Shown: positions 9,573 through 19,378 of the stretch, piece by piece
Numbering within the stretch: position 1 is the stretch's first letter
Layout of the letters: every line of letters begins with the position of its first letter
From: an uncultured Eubacteriales bacterium
Lineage (GTDB): Bacteria > Bacillota_I > Bacilli_A > RF39 > UBA660
Length of the DNA: 52,604 nt
Reading direction: 5' to 3'
Assembly (NCBI GenBank): GCA_900313815.1
Contig: OMST01000064.1
Location: forward strand, 1 to 52,604
Notes under the pieces: generated by a model
What the model saw: the letters and a program-made list of their open reading frames with translations, nothing else
Told to the model about the DNA's origin: nothing
Databases searched by the model: none
Made by a program: the position numbers and the translations under genes

Positions 9573-10211
9573 TTAAATTCCATGTTTAATTTTTCTTAAT
9601 CTTGCTTTAAATAAACTAGAAGTAATTAATGAAATTACAATCACTATTATTACAGGAATTCCCCAATTAAATAATATTTCTTTGAGACTATCTAGAACAG
9701 TTTTTTCTTCCTCTACTTTTTCTTTTTTTTCAATTTTGAATGAAGAATTGTAATTTTCTATTATAGATTTAAATAAAGTTTCATTAGGTTTAAATTGTAA
9801 GAATTTCTCACTACATATATTTAATTTGTCTCTATATTCATCACATCTACTATCATAATAATATGAATTATAATAATCAAATGTTATTGTGATATTTTTC
9901 ATGTAAGATTTGCAATCATCAAGTGGTGTTGAAATAGTAAAACTTGCTTTTTCCCCCTCTTTTATATCACTAATTATTATTTCATTATTAGAATCAGCAT
10001 GATAAGAAGAATTATTATATGATATATATACTCCATCATATACATTATAGAATGTTATAGAATATGTTTTATTGTTCTCATCGTATTGAGTTTCATAAGT
10101 AATATTACCTGCTATTTGGGAATGCTGTTGATATTTTTCATAGTTACAACTAGCATTAATATAAGATATAGATATAAATATTACCAGTAAAGAAAATAAT
10201 AATTTTTTCAT
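9573..10211 (-). CDS. type-I membrane protein, third and more divergent member of the 4-Cys family
   Basis: 212 aa with signal peptide …ISISYINA/SCNYE, four Cys in similar order, and C-terminal IPVIIVIVISLITSSLF followed by KARLRKIKHGI. It overlaps the upstream sortase gene by 4 nt. Confidence 0.75.
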   Translation of the reverse strand: MKKLLFSLLVIFISISYINASCNYEKYQQHSQIAGNITYETQYDENNKTYSITFYNVYDGVYISYNNSSYHADSNNEIIISDIKEGEKASFTISTPLDDCKSYMKNITITFDYYNSYYYDSRCDEYRDKLNICSEKFLQFKPNETLFKSIIENYNSSFKIEKKEKVEEEKTVLDSLKEILFNWGIPVIIVIVISLITSSLFKARLRKIKHGI

Positions 10212-11836
10212 TCTTGTTCCTCCTTAATCATAACAGCATGAATAACCATTCTTCTATTATTACCCCCAGCACATGTAGATAAAGTTAATATTTTATCTCC
10301 ATATTTTAATTCATCATTAGTACTGAATGTACTTCTATCTCTAATCATTTTTACAAATTCATTAAATTCATCTTCATTTTCAAAATTTGTTACTAAATAA
10401 TCAGTTGTATAATCTATTTTATATCCAGCAAATATTTTAAACCTATATGATTCATTTTCCGTATCATAACTAAATATCATATTTTCACTATTACTTCTCC
10501 ATTTAGAACTCAAAATATTTTTTAGAGACCCAAACATTATACCACTGCCGCTTGAATAATGACCATATATAATAGTATTATCATCCCATGTTTTAGAATT
10601 ATTTCTATAATCCATAAATATCCATCCAACGCTTTTAGATTTTTTAAAGAAATCATGCTTTAAATAATATACATTATCATCATGTTGAACAACTGGATAA
10701 GCAACTTCTGTTTCATTTATTGTTAAATAACCTACTGTTTCATTATTAATACTTTTTAAATTAGAAAATACTTTTTCAAATGTATAATTTAATTTCATTT
10801 GTTCTCTTTCAGATAACGTTGGTTCTTCTACCACTTCTTCAACTGGAGCAGGAACAACAGTAGTATCCTCTTCATTATTATCATTATTAGCAAGAGTATT
10901 ACCAATAATATCAGTATTTAATTTATTTACACTTAATTTATCAATATAATCATAAGACTTAATAATTATCAAAGAAACTAAGCTAACATATATACATAAT
11001 GAAGCAATAAGTTTTAAATTATTGAATGTTAGTTGTTTAAATAAATTGTTTTTAAGAAATGAATTAGAATAAACTATTCTAAACTCACACATATATTCTT
11101 TCTTACAAGTCTTATTTAATTCTTTTAACCATGCAAAATTATTTACAATAAAGTTGCCTTTATCATATCCTTGATGTAAAAATACTATTATGTTTCTAGA
11201 TTCATCATTTTTAACTAAATCTATTATTTGAGAAATAATATCTTTTGAAAAAATATATATATTTATAGACTTCAAATTATAATTAATTCTTAAAAATTCT
11301 TTAACATCATCTAATAATCCAGGATATTCTTCTTTAATATCAAGCGTCTTTCTATAATATAATGTTTCATAATCAAAAGAATCCTGTTGTAACATAAACC
11401 TGTCAGATACTTTATTATAATTATATAGATTTATTTGTACTCCCATAGATACAAATTTATCTATCATAAATTTAGGCATGTAATAACAGTCTATTAGTTT
11501 TAATGATTTAATACTTAAAAATAATTTGTAATCTTCTAATCCTATTGTAGAGGGATAATCTAATTTTAAATAATTAATATCAAATCCCCTCATAAAATTG
11601 ACAGCATATTCAAAAGTAACTAATTGTTTAATAATTAACATATCTATTTTAAATGATTGTTTCTTTATTAAATTAGATATTTTAAATACATTTTTCTTAA
11701 AATAATTTAAAGTATAAAAAAGAGAACTATTATTAATAGTATTCTTATTAACAAACTTTTTTTCATCACCTGTTATTTCTCTAAAACTATAAACAATTGA
11801 TGAATTAATAATTGTTAAAACAATATATTTTTTCAT
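10208..11836 (-). CDS. class-B sortase family transpeptidase with a long N-terminal extension
   Basis: The C-terminal ~190 aa carry SrtB hallmarks: AYPVVQHDDNVYYLKHDF, IFMDYRN, TIIYGH (His), ILTLSTC (Cys), NRRMVIHAV (Arg). One TM (LIASLCIYVSLVSLIII) follows a ~270-aa N-terminal region of no family I recognise. Confidence 0.8.
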   Translation of the reverse strand: MKKYIVLTIINSSIVYSFREITGDEKKFVNKNTINNSSLFYTLNYFKKNVFKISNLIKKQSFKIDMLIIKQLVTFEYAVNFMRGFDINYLKLDYPSTIGLEDYKLFLSIKSLKLIDCYYMPKFMIDKFVSMGVQINLYNYNKVSDRFMLQQDSFDYETLYYRKTLDIKEEYPGLLDDVKEFLRINYNLKSINIYIFSKDIISQIIDLVKNDESRNIIVFLHQGYDKGNFIVNNFAWLKELNKTCKKEYMCEFRIVYSNSFLKNNLFKQLTFNNLKLIASLCIYVSLVSLIIIKSYDYIDKLSVNKLNTDIIGNTLANNDNNEEDTTVVPAPVEEVVEEPTLSEREQMKLNYTFEKVFSNLKSINNETVGYLTINETEVAYPVVQHDDNVYYLKHDFFKKSKSVGWIFMDYRNNSKTWDDNTIIYGHYSSGSGIMFGSLKNILSSKWRSNSENMIFSYDTENESYRFKIFAGYKIDYTTDYLVTNFENEDEFNEFVKMIRDRSTFSTNDELKYGDKILTLSTCAGGNNRRMVIHAVMIKEEQE

Positions 11837-11929
11837 GACATAGTCTCCTATAATACTATATATATATTATCACATATTTCATTAAAAACTCAATATTATT
11901 ATAATTAGTGTGTAAATAAAAAGAATGAA

Positions 11930-12454
11930 TTATTCAATTTCATTCTTTTTTATAACCTTCCTTAATTCTTTGTAATCTATTTTTTCAAATTCACTATTAA
12001 TAACTTCTATACCTTTACCATCTTTAACTATGATTATTAATGGTATAGTATTTATTTCTTCTTTTAATTCAGGGAATCTTTTCTTTAATATTTCTAGATA
12101 TTCACCATTTTCCATAAGACCAGTAGCATTAAAATATACTACTATATCTATTAAATTATTTTTTTCTAATTCTTTATATATGTTTTTTTCCATATCATAT
12201 ACTGATCTAGAACCTGTATAGCCTACATAAAGAACTGCATCTCTATATTCAGATAAACTAAATTCCATATCATCTTTTGTTATTTCATTAACTTTTTTGC
12301 TTACAAAATAACTAATATTTAATTTACTTGCTTGATATCTCATATAAAATGATCTTGCGTATAAAGCGGCAATTATAACAAGCACAGAAACTATCAATAC
12401 TATTACATAGTTTTTAAATGGAATTTGTCTTTCTTCACTCTTTTTATTAACCAT
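11930..12454 (-). CDS. N-anchored membrane protein, possibly a thioredoxin-like fold without CxxC
   Basis: ORF 11930..12481, but GGAGG (12459-12463) precedes the internal ATG at 12454 (MVNKKSEE…). One TM. A beta-alpha-beta pattern (VLYVGYTG…IVVYFN…IPLIIIVKDGK) is suggestive only. Confidence 0.55.
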   Translation of the reverse strand: MVNKKSEERQIPFKNYVIVLIVSVLVIIAALYARSFYMRYQASKLNISYFVSKKVNEITKDDMEFSLSEYRDAVLYVGYTGSRSVYDMEKNIYKELEKNNLIDIVVYFNATGLMENGEYLEILKKRFPELKEEINTIPLIIIVKDGKGIEVINSEFEKIDYKELRKVIKKNEIE

Positions 12455-12489
12455 ATAGCCTCCACAAGTATATTTTATCATATTATTAA

Positions 12490-13371
12490 TTATTTATCTA
12501 GATTTTTTAAATATATACCTATATTACGATCTAATACTTTTTTACCTCTCCATAGAACTGCACTAGATTTATATTTATCATTAAATTCTTCTTCACTCAT
12601 ATTTAAGAATTCATCGATATCAATACCATTATAATTAGAATACTCAATATTTTTATTATATGGGCATACACTCATACATTTATCGCATCCATAAATACAA
12701 TTATTAAAATTATCGGTATTAATATTATCTAATTTACTTTTTTGAGTTAAATAACTTAAACATTTTTGAGAATTTAATATACCTTTATTATTTAGTGCTC
12801 CACTAGGACAATTTTTAATACATAAATTACAATTTTCACAGCTTTCTCTTATTATATTATCACTTTCTATAACTGCATCTGTTAATATAATTCCTATATT
12901 AAAATATGAGCCATATTCAGGATTTATTAATAAATTATTTTTTCCAAAGAAACCTAATCCACAATTATATGCTAAAGCTTTTTCATCTAAAGGATTATTA
13001 TCTACAAATATTTCATATTTAAATCCTTCTTTTTTTAAATATCTACCCACATTTTTTAATTTGTTTTTAAGTACTAAATGATAATCTTTACCTACTGCAA
13101 CTGAGCTAAAGTATACTTTGTTTTTATCGCTATAGTTTACTTTTTTGTTAGGTAATAATGCTGCTATAACAGTATTATATATTTTATATCTTTCAGAAGT
13201 TAAATCCTTATCTTTAATATTACCTACTTGGAAAGAACATTTATATCCTAATTCTTTTTGCAAATCATATTTACTATAATCTATAATTATATTATGTGTA
13301 TTACAAAAGCCAACTTTATGTATGCCTACTTCATTTAATATTTCTATTATTTTGTTTTTCATGTTATTCAT
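12490..13371 (-). CDS. queG: epoxyqueuosine reductase-like 4Fe-4S protein
   Basis: GLGFFGKNNLLINPEYGSYF motif plus two ferredoxin-type clusters (CENCNLCIKNCP, CIYGCDKCMSVCPYN). Shorter than the Bacillus QueG. Confidence 0.65.
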   Translation of the reverse strand: MNNMKNKIIEILNEVGIHKVGFCNTHNIIIDYSKYDLQKELGYKCSFQVGNIKDKDLTSERYKIYNTVIAALLPNKKVNYSDKNKVYFSSVAVGKDYHLVLKNKLKNVGRYLKKEGFKYEIFVDNNPLDEKALAYNCGLGFFGKNNLLINPEYGSYFNIGIILTDAVIESDNIIRESCENCNLCIKNCPSGALNNKGILNSQKCLSYLTQKSKLDNINTDNFNNCIYGCDKCMSVCPYNKNIEYSNYNGIDIDEFLNMSEEEFNDKYKSSAVLWRGKKVLDRNIGIYLKNLDK

Positions 13372-13511
13372 CTATATTCTTTTTCTTTTCTTTTAGTCTA
13401 TCAAAGTCAGGATTATTTTTAAACAATTCCTTTGTTTTACTTATTTTTTTAAATGCATTCACATAGGATTTTAAAGTATCATTATTATTTTTTAAATTAT
13501 TAATTTTATTT

Positions 13512-16085
13512 TTAATATCCTTCATATTGATTTCCCTCCAATGAAATAACTACCAAATTATTATTTCTAGCTGTTTGTAATATAGTTTCATTTAAATCTT
13601 TAGCTAATATAAAATCAGGAATCATCTTATTATCTTTTTTTCTATCTTTATTAAATTTAATAATAGTCTCATCACCAAATGATGATAATCTATATGTACT
13701 GTCTTCAACCAATTCATTATAGCCATAGCAGTTACTATTAATACCAGAAATATACTTTAAATCATAATGAATACCATCATTACTATATGATGTTAATAAT
13801 CTAAAATCTTGATTATGAAATTTATATATAGTTACCCCACTTAATTCAGTTTTTTCAACTGCACTAGAATTACTATTATATAAATTTTCTATATCATTAA
13901 GGTTAACTATTTGTTTATTAATTATCCTTGTTCTATGTTCTTTTAATTTATTAAATATATTAATAATAGATACTATATTTATATCCATTTTTTCACTTAA
14001 TACATTATCTAAGAAAGCTATTAAAAGTTCAGGATCAGTAATACTAAACATTAATTTAATCATGGCTATTACTTGTATTTCTTCATTAGAAAATACATTT
14101 AATTCTTCAATAACATCTATATCACATATATCACAATAATTCTTTATGGTAGTTAGTTCTAACCATAAAGTATCACCTTTTTCATTATAAGGTTTATTGA
14201 ATAAGTAATTACACATTAAATTCTTTCTTATAATGTCATCTGTATTATTATTCCAATCACTCATTAATTGTTTTAATAATGCTATATCATATGAAGATAA
14301 TTCTTCTTTCTTTTTAATATTTAAATAATTACCATTAGATACTAATAGTCTTATTAAATTATTTTCTTCACTATCATTTAAATCTTTATCTTGAATATCA
14401 CTTAATATATCTTTATAATATGTAAAATTCTCAATTGCTGTTAACAATGTTTCTTTACCATCTTTATAAATAGAGCTTAATATTTCATAATAATGTTTAA
14501 ATAATTTACGATTTTCATCATCTTTAACTATATATAATAATGTAGACATATTCATATAATTATATTTGGATATATCTATTAATAATTCTTTGCTCAAAAA
14601 TGATAATCTACTATCAAGAATCTCTAATGACATAATATCATACAATTCACTATCTAAAGTTATTTCACTATTATACGCATTCTTTAATAAATCATTTAAT
14701 AGTTTTTTAGATGCACTAGCAGTATTATAACTTTCTTTTCCTTTATATAGAAGCATCATGCCAACAAATACACTAAGTTTTTCAGTGCTATTTTTAAGAA
14801 TAATTTTTTTATTAAATAACAATTTAAAGATATCTAATATTGAATTATAATCTGTTGTCCAATCATATCTTTGTATATTAGATATATATTCATTATATAT
14901 CTTATTTATAATTTTATAATATTTAGTATAAATATCTTCGCCAAAGTATTCTTTAAATAAATTTAAACATCTAGAGTTAGCATCTAATATAATACTTTCT
15001 TTTTCTTCTTTTTCTAAACTTTCATTATATAGTGGTACTATATATGCTAAAGAATAATTAACATCTATATCTATTAATCTTATAATATCTGAAATAGATA
15101 ATCTTTGAATTATTCTTATTAATCTTTTAGTGGTTTGATAACTTATATTATTACTCTTTTTATCAAATCTATATAGTTTTCCTTTAGCATTTAATAAGCA
15201 TTTATCAATAAATATATCTATAATTTCATTTATATCTTTTTTAACAACATTTTCAAGTACACTATATATTACTTCAGTATTCTTAAACGATGAGATATTA
15301 ACATATTTAATTAAACTAATATCATATTTTAATAATTCTGTTAATAAGTCTTCATCAATATAATTTATCATATAAGGACTAGAGATTATAAACTCTCTTT
15401 GCACATCTATGGGAACATTTTTTATTAAATTAATATCTCCTGATATTTTTTCTAATTGATTTTTTATATATTTATTTCTAGCTTCTCCACTAATATAATT
15501 AATAAATTCATCTTGATCAGAATAATTATTTTGAATTTCTTGAGATGCATATTGTATGAAAGCAGGATTTACTTTCAATATAAATTCCCATTGTCTATCT
15601 GTAAACTTATCACTTATACTAGAAATTATTTCTTCTGTTTTCTTCATATCATGTTTAGACAAGATATTTATTACATTATATAAATCATCCATAAATAATT
15701 TAGGAATGTCTTCTATTTGATTAAAATACATACATAGGTATTCTTCATATTCTTCATTATCTAAATCGATAGTTTTAGTATTCATAAAGAATTTATTATC
15801 TTTTAACCAATTACTTACTAATGATTTTTTAGCTTCGCTTGATCCATATTTAAACATAGATAAGTTACTATTAATCATACTCATCTGAAATTCTAAAGGT
15901 AACATATTGATTAAAGAGGTATAGTTAAAAAATAAATGACTTAAAACTATTTCATTACTATGTAAATCTTCATTGTCTAAAAAAGCTTGTTTTACTTCAG
16001 TTTCATTCTTATCTTTTAAACTTTTAATAAATACATTTCCTTTTTTCTGATTGGCTCTATTTTTTAAATCATCTATGAATGACAT
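13512..16085 (-). CDS. large cytoplasmic helical-repeat protein, unknown function
   Basis: 857-codon ORF with no signal peptide or TM. Recurrent …P..I.Y(A/V/I)… segments resemble DUF4116-like repeats (weak). Confidence 0.7.
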   Translation of the reverse strand: MSFIDDLKNRANQKKGNVFIKSLKDKNETEVKQAFLDNEDLHSNEIVLSHLFFNYTSLINMLPLEFQMSMINSNLSMFKYGSSEAKKSLVSNWLKDNKFFMNTKTIDLDNEEYEEYLCMYFNQIEDIPKLFMDDLYNVINILSKHDMKKTEEIISSISDKFTDRQWEFILKVNPAFIQYASQEIQNNYSDQDEFINYISGEARNKYIKNQLEKISGDINLIKNVPIDVQREFIISSPYMINYIDEDLLTELLKYDISLIKYVNISSFKNTEVIYSVLENVVKKDINEIIDIFIDKCLLNAKGKLYRFDKKSNNISYQTTKRLIRIIQRLSISDIIRLIDIDVNYSLAYIVPLYNESLEKEEKESIILDANSRCLNLFKEYFGEDIYTKYYKIINKIYNEYISNIQRYDWTTDYNSILDIFKLLFNKKIILKNSTEKLSVFVGMMLLYKGKESYNTASASKKLLNDLLKNAYNSEITLDSELYDIMSLEILDSRLSFLSKELLIDISKYNYMNMSTLLYIVKDDENRKLFKHYYEILSSIYKDGKETLLTAIENFTYYKDILSDIQDKDLNDSEENNLIRLLVSNGNYLNIKKKEELSSYDIALLKQLMSDWNNNTDDIIRKNLMCNYLFNKPYNEKGDTLWLELTTIKNYCDICDIDVIEELNVFSNEEIQVIAMIKLMFSITDPELLIAFLDNVLSEKMDINIVSIINIFNKLKEHRTRIINKQIVNLNDIENLYNSNSSAVEKTELSGVTIYKFHNQDFRLLTSYSNDGIHYDLKYISGINSNCYGYNELVEDSTYRLSSFGDETIIKFNKDRKKDNKMIPDFILAKDLNETILQTARNNNLVVISLEGNQYEGY

Positions 16086-16118
16086 ATAAACACCTCTCTA
16101 CTATAAAAGATTATAACA
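16086..16118 (-). promoter_or_regulatory. extended -10 promoter (TGTTATAAT) plus TAGTAGAGAGGTG leader upstream of the 857-aa gene
   Basis: Minus strand reads TGTTATAAT (16110-16118), 6 nt, TAGTAGAGAGGTG (16091-16103), 5 nt, ATG. This is a near copy of the leaders at 5044-5059 and 9524-9539. Confidence 0.45.
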
Positions 16119-16159
16119 TATTTTATAATAGATTAGTATATTAAAAAAGAAGTAATTTT

Positions 16160-16591
16160 TTACTTCTCTTTACTAAAAACCAATTTGATTGATGAGTCCA
16201 TTAAATATGATGGCTCTACATACCAAGAAAGTAATTGATATTTTTCCAATTCTGCTTCTTTTTCGCTACATAATTTATGCATTTCGCGCTCTGTCTGATC
16301 ATCAATTTCACATTCTTCACCATATTGTCTTGAAAAATATATATAATCTAGTTGTTCTTCTAATGCAGTATAATCATAATATAATTCCATTAATCTATAG
16401 TATTCTTTTTCATCTATTAAACCTAATTCTAACATTCTTACTATTTTGTTAATTACTAATAAATCATCATCATAATAATTAATTTTTCCAATACTAATAC
16501 TTGCATTTCCGTCTCTTGTATTTAAATATGGTTTTGCCTCTATTGCATATTTAACAATTTCATCAAGTATTCTTTTCTTTTCTTTATCCAT
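16160..16591 (-). CDS. hypothetical acidic cytoplasmic protein
   Basis: 143-codon ORF between pcrA and the 857-aa gene on the same strand. No motif recognised. Confidence 0.6.
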   Translation of the reverse strand: MDKEKKRILDEIVKYAIEAKPYLNTRDGNASISIGKINYYDDDLLVINKIVRMLELGLIDEKEYYRLMELYYDYTALEEQLDYIYFSRQYGEECEIDDQTEREMHKLCSEKEAELEKYQLLSWYVEPSYLMDSSIKLVFSKEK

Positions 16592-16629
16592 AACTATCCC
16601 CCATTAATGGCTATTATTATAACACAATA

Positions 16630-18723
16630 TTAATTATTGTCAATTTTAGATAAATATTTATGATTAATAGCAATAGTTTTTACGCCTATACCATATTTAA
16701 ATGCTATAGTAGCTAAATCCCCATTAACTCTTGTAACTACTCCTTCACCAAAAATAGTATGTTTAACATTATCTCCTTGTTTGATTTCAACTGATTCATC
16801 TGTATTATACATTTCATTTAGATTAACTTTTCTTTCTATTTTTTTAGAACTTGTTTTATTTATTTCATTTAATACACTAGGATCAATTTCTTTAATAAAT
16901 CTACTTTCCATAGAAGAAGTAGTAGAACCATATAATGTTCTTCTTAAACATCCAAGTAAATATAGCTTTATTTTAGCTCTAGTAATTCCTACATAACAAA
17001 GTCTTCTTTCTTCTTCTAGTTCACTTAAGCTTTCAAAACTTCTCATATGAGGGAATATTCCTTCTTCCATGCCCACTATAAATACTACTTTAAATTCTAG
17101 TCCTTTAGCAGAATGTAATGTCATTAAATTAACACTATCTTTATCTTCCTTATATTGACCAGCATCGCTAACTAAAAGAATATTTTCTAAAAATGTTTCT
17201 AAATCATATATACCATTATCTTCAAAATTTAATGCTATACTTTTAAATTCATTTAAACTCTCTATTCTAGATTCACCTTCTAAAGAACTATCTTTTTCAT
17301 ATTCTTCTCTTATACCAGTCTTTACCAAAACATCTTCTATGAAATCACTTAATCCCAAATTCTTAACATCTTCTTGCAACTCTAATATTAAGTTTTTAAA
17401 AGCTAGTTCTTTCCCTTCTTCTATAGCATCAAACATACTAACATTATTCATTAATGCTTTTTGTCTAATGCCATCTATTGTTTTAGTGCCTATACCTCTT
17501 TTAGGAGTATTAATAACTCTTTCTAAACTTACTGAATCATTTTTGTTATATACTAAATTCAAATAAGCTATTAAATCTTTTATTTCTTTTCTAGCATAGA
17601 AATAATAACTACCAATAATATTATATGGAATATTTTCTCTAACAAAATTTTCTTCTAAAATTCTACTTTGAGCATTAGTTCTGTAAAGAACTGCAAAATC
17701 ACTATAATTGTATCCAAGACTTACTAAATCTTTTATTTTATTAATTACAAATTCTGTTTCTTTGATTTCATCTTCTACTCTTATATAGTCAACTTTTTCT
17801 CCATCACCAACATCTGTCCACAGATTTAATGCTTTTCCTTCAGTATTATTTTTAATAACAGAATTTGCTGCTTTTAAAATATTATTAGTGCTTCTATAGT
17901 TTTCTTCCAATAATATAACAGTTGCATTTTCATAATCTCTTTCGAAATTTAATATATTTTTATAGTCAGCATTTCTCCATGAATAAATAGATTGTGAAGC
18001 ATCCCCTACTACAAAGATATTATTATACCTTTTAGATAATAACTTGCATAATTCATATTGAATACCATTAGTATCTTGATATTCATCTACTAATATATAT
18101 TTAAATCTTTCCTGATATTTAGATAAAACATCTTTATTTTTCTTGAACAATTCAACTGGTTTTAATAATAAATCATCAAAGTCAACAGAATTATTTTCTT
18201 TTAAAATTTTTAAATATTTTTCATATACAAATGATATTACTTTATCATCTTCTCTTAAAAACAATTTAGAAAATTCAGTTGGAGTTATGCCATCGTTTTT
18301 AGCAGAACTTATTCTGTTCATTATATATTTAATATCATAACTTTGAATATCATATCCATTATCTTTTAATATTCTTTTTATTAATGCTTTAACATCATCT
18401 GTATCTAAAATAGTAATATTAGATGTATATCCAATATCTTTATAGTTTTCTCTTAATACTCTAAGTCCAAAAGAATGGAAAGTTCCAATAAAAATGGAAT
18501 CTGCTACAGAACCCATTTCGTTTTCTATTCTACTCCTCATTTCTTTAGCAGCTTTATTAGTAAATGTTATAGCTAATATATTATAAGGACTTACTCCATC
18601 ATCAATTAATCTAATTATTCTTTGAGTTAATACACGTGTTTTACCAGAACCTGCTCCTGCCAAAACAAGACATGGACCATCTCCATGGTTAACTGCTTCT
18701 TTTTGTTTATCATTTAATGTCAT
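16630..18723 (-). CDS. pcrA: ATP-dependent DNA helicase PcrA (UvrD/Rep superfamily 1)
   Basis: SF1 motifs: AGAGSGKTRVLT (I), VDEYQDTN (II), VGDASQSIYSWRNA (III), EENYRST (IV), TLHSAKGLEF (V), RRLCYVGITRAK (VI). Confidence 0.95.
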   Translation of the reverse strand: MTLNDKQKEAVNHGDGPCLVLAGAGSGKTRVLTQRIIRLIDDGVSPYNILAITFTNKAAKEMRSRIENEMGSVADSIFIGTFHSFGLRVLRENYKDIGYTSNITILDTDDVKALIKRILKDNGYDIQSYDIKYIMNRISSAKNDGITPTEFSKLFLREDDKVISFVYEKYLKILKENNSVDFDDLLLKPVELFKKNKDVLSKYQERFKYILVDEYQDTNGIQYELCKLLSKRYNNIFVVGDASQSIYSWRNADYKNILNFERDYENATVILLEENYRSTNNILKAANSVIKNNTEGKALNLWTDVGDGEKVDYIRVEDEIKETEFVINKIKDLVSLGYNYSDFAVLYRTNAQSRILEENFVRENIPYNIIGSYYFYARKEIKDLIAYLNLVYNKNDSVSLERVINTPKRGIGTKTIDGIRQKALMNNVSMFDAIEEGKELAFKNLILELQEDVKNLGLSDFIEDVLVKTGIREEYEKDSSLEGESRIESLNEFKSIALNFEDNGIYDLETFLENILLVSDAGQYKEDKDSVNLMTLHSAKGLEFKVVFIVGMEEGIFPHMRSFESLSELEEERRLCYVGITRAKIKLYLLGCLRRTLYGSTTSSMESRFIKEIDPSVLNEINKTSSKKIERKVNLNEMYNTDESVEIKQGDNVKHTIFGEGVVTRVNGDLATIAFKYGIGVKTIAINHKYLSKIDNN

Positions 18724-18798
18724 AAAAACTACCTCTTAATTAATTATAACAAATAAATTATTCTTTTTATAGCAAACAAAAATAGAAAGATTAACTTT

Positions 18799-19320
18799 CT
18801 ATAATTTTCTAATTCTTTTTCCTTTAAATAAATCTTTATCAAATAATAAAATTGATATATTTGATATACATACTATTCCATCTGTTAATGCTCCTGCATA
18901 TGATTTAACAGCAAAATCATATATTACCCAAATTGTATATGAAATTATTGCACCAATTACAACTACTTTTTTATGTTTAGTTAATGTAAATCCATCTATA
19001 GTACTTGAGAATATTGGTAATAATTCTATTATTCCCGAGAATGTCGCTATACCATAAATAATATATATAGGAACTGATCCTAAGAATATATAATCATCAG
19101 CATCAGTTTTATAATATAATGAATCTCTAAGCACTTCAAACATGCATATAAATAAACCACTATATGCGCCTAAAAGGAAATAATGTAGACACCATAATAC
19201 TGTAGATAATATTTGAAATACTAATATTTTATTAGTATTTTTTCTATAATAACTAAATACTATAAGTAACCAAGCTATTATTCCTATAAGTTGAATTGTC
19301 CAGAACCATAAATCATCCAT
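18799..19320 (-). CDS. small polytopic membrane protein (YgjV-like?)
   Basis: 173 aa with about five hydrophobic helices. The resemblance to the YgjV inner-membrane family is from memory only. Confidence 0.4.
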   Translation of the reverse strand: MDDLWFWTIQLIGIIAWLLIVFSYYRKNTNKILVFQILSTVLWCLHYFLLGAYSGLFICMFEVLRDSLYYKTDADDYIFLGSVPIYIIYGIATFSGIIELLPIFSSTIDGFTLTKHKKVVVIGAIISYTIWVIYDFAVKSYAGALTDGIVCISNISILLFDKDLFKGKRIRKL

Positions 19321-19337
19321 ACAATTGAATTATAGCA

Positions 19338-19373
19338 TAAAAAAAGAAGAAATTTTTTAATATTTCTTCTTCT
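19338..19373 (-). terminator. rho-independent terminator after aguA
   Basis: agaagaaat (19345-19353) pairs with atttcttct (19362-19370). A U-run follows on the minus strand (A-run 19338-19345). Confidence 0.7.
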
Positions 19374-19378
19374 TTACA

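Noticed and set aside
13372-13511. 31-codon minus-strand ORF (MHLKKISKTKELFKNNPDFDRLKEKKKNIDE) between the 857-aa gene and queG, overlapping the queG start
   Set aside because: It is too short, Lys-rich, and has no clear RBS. It cannot be distinguished from chance in AT-rich DNA without conservation data.
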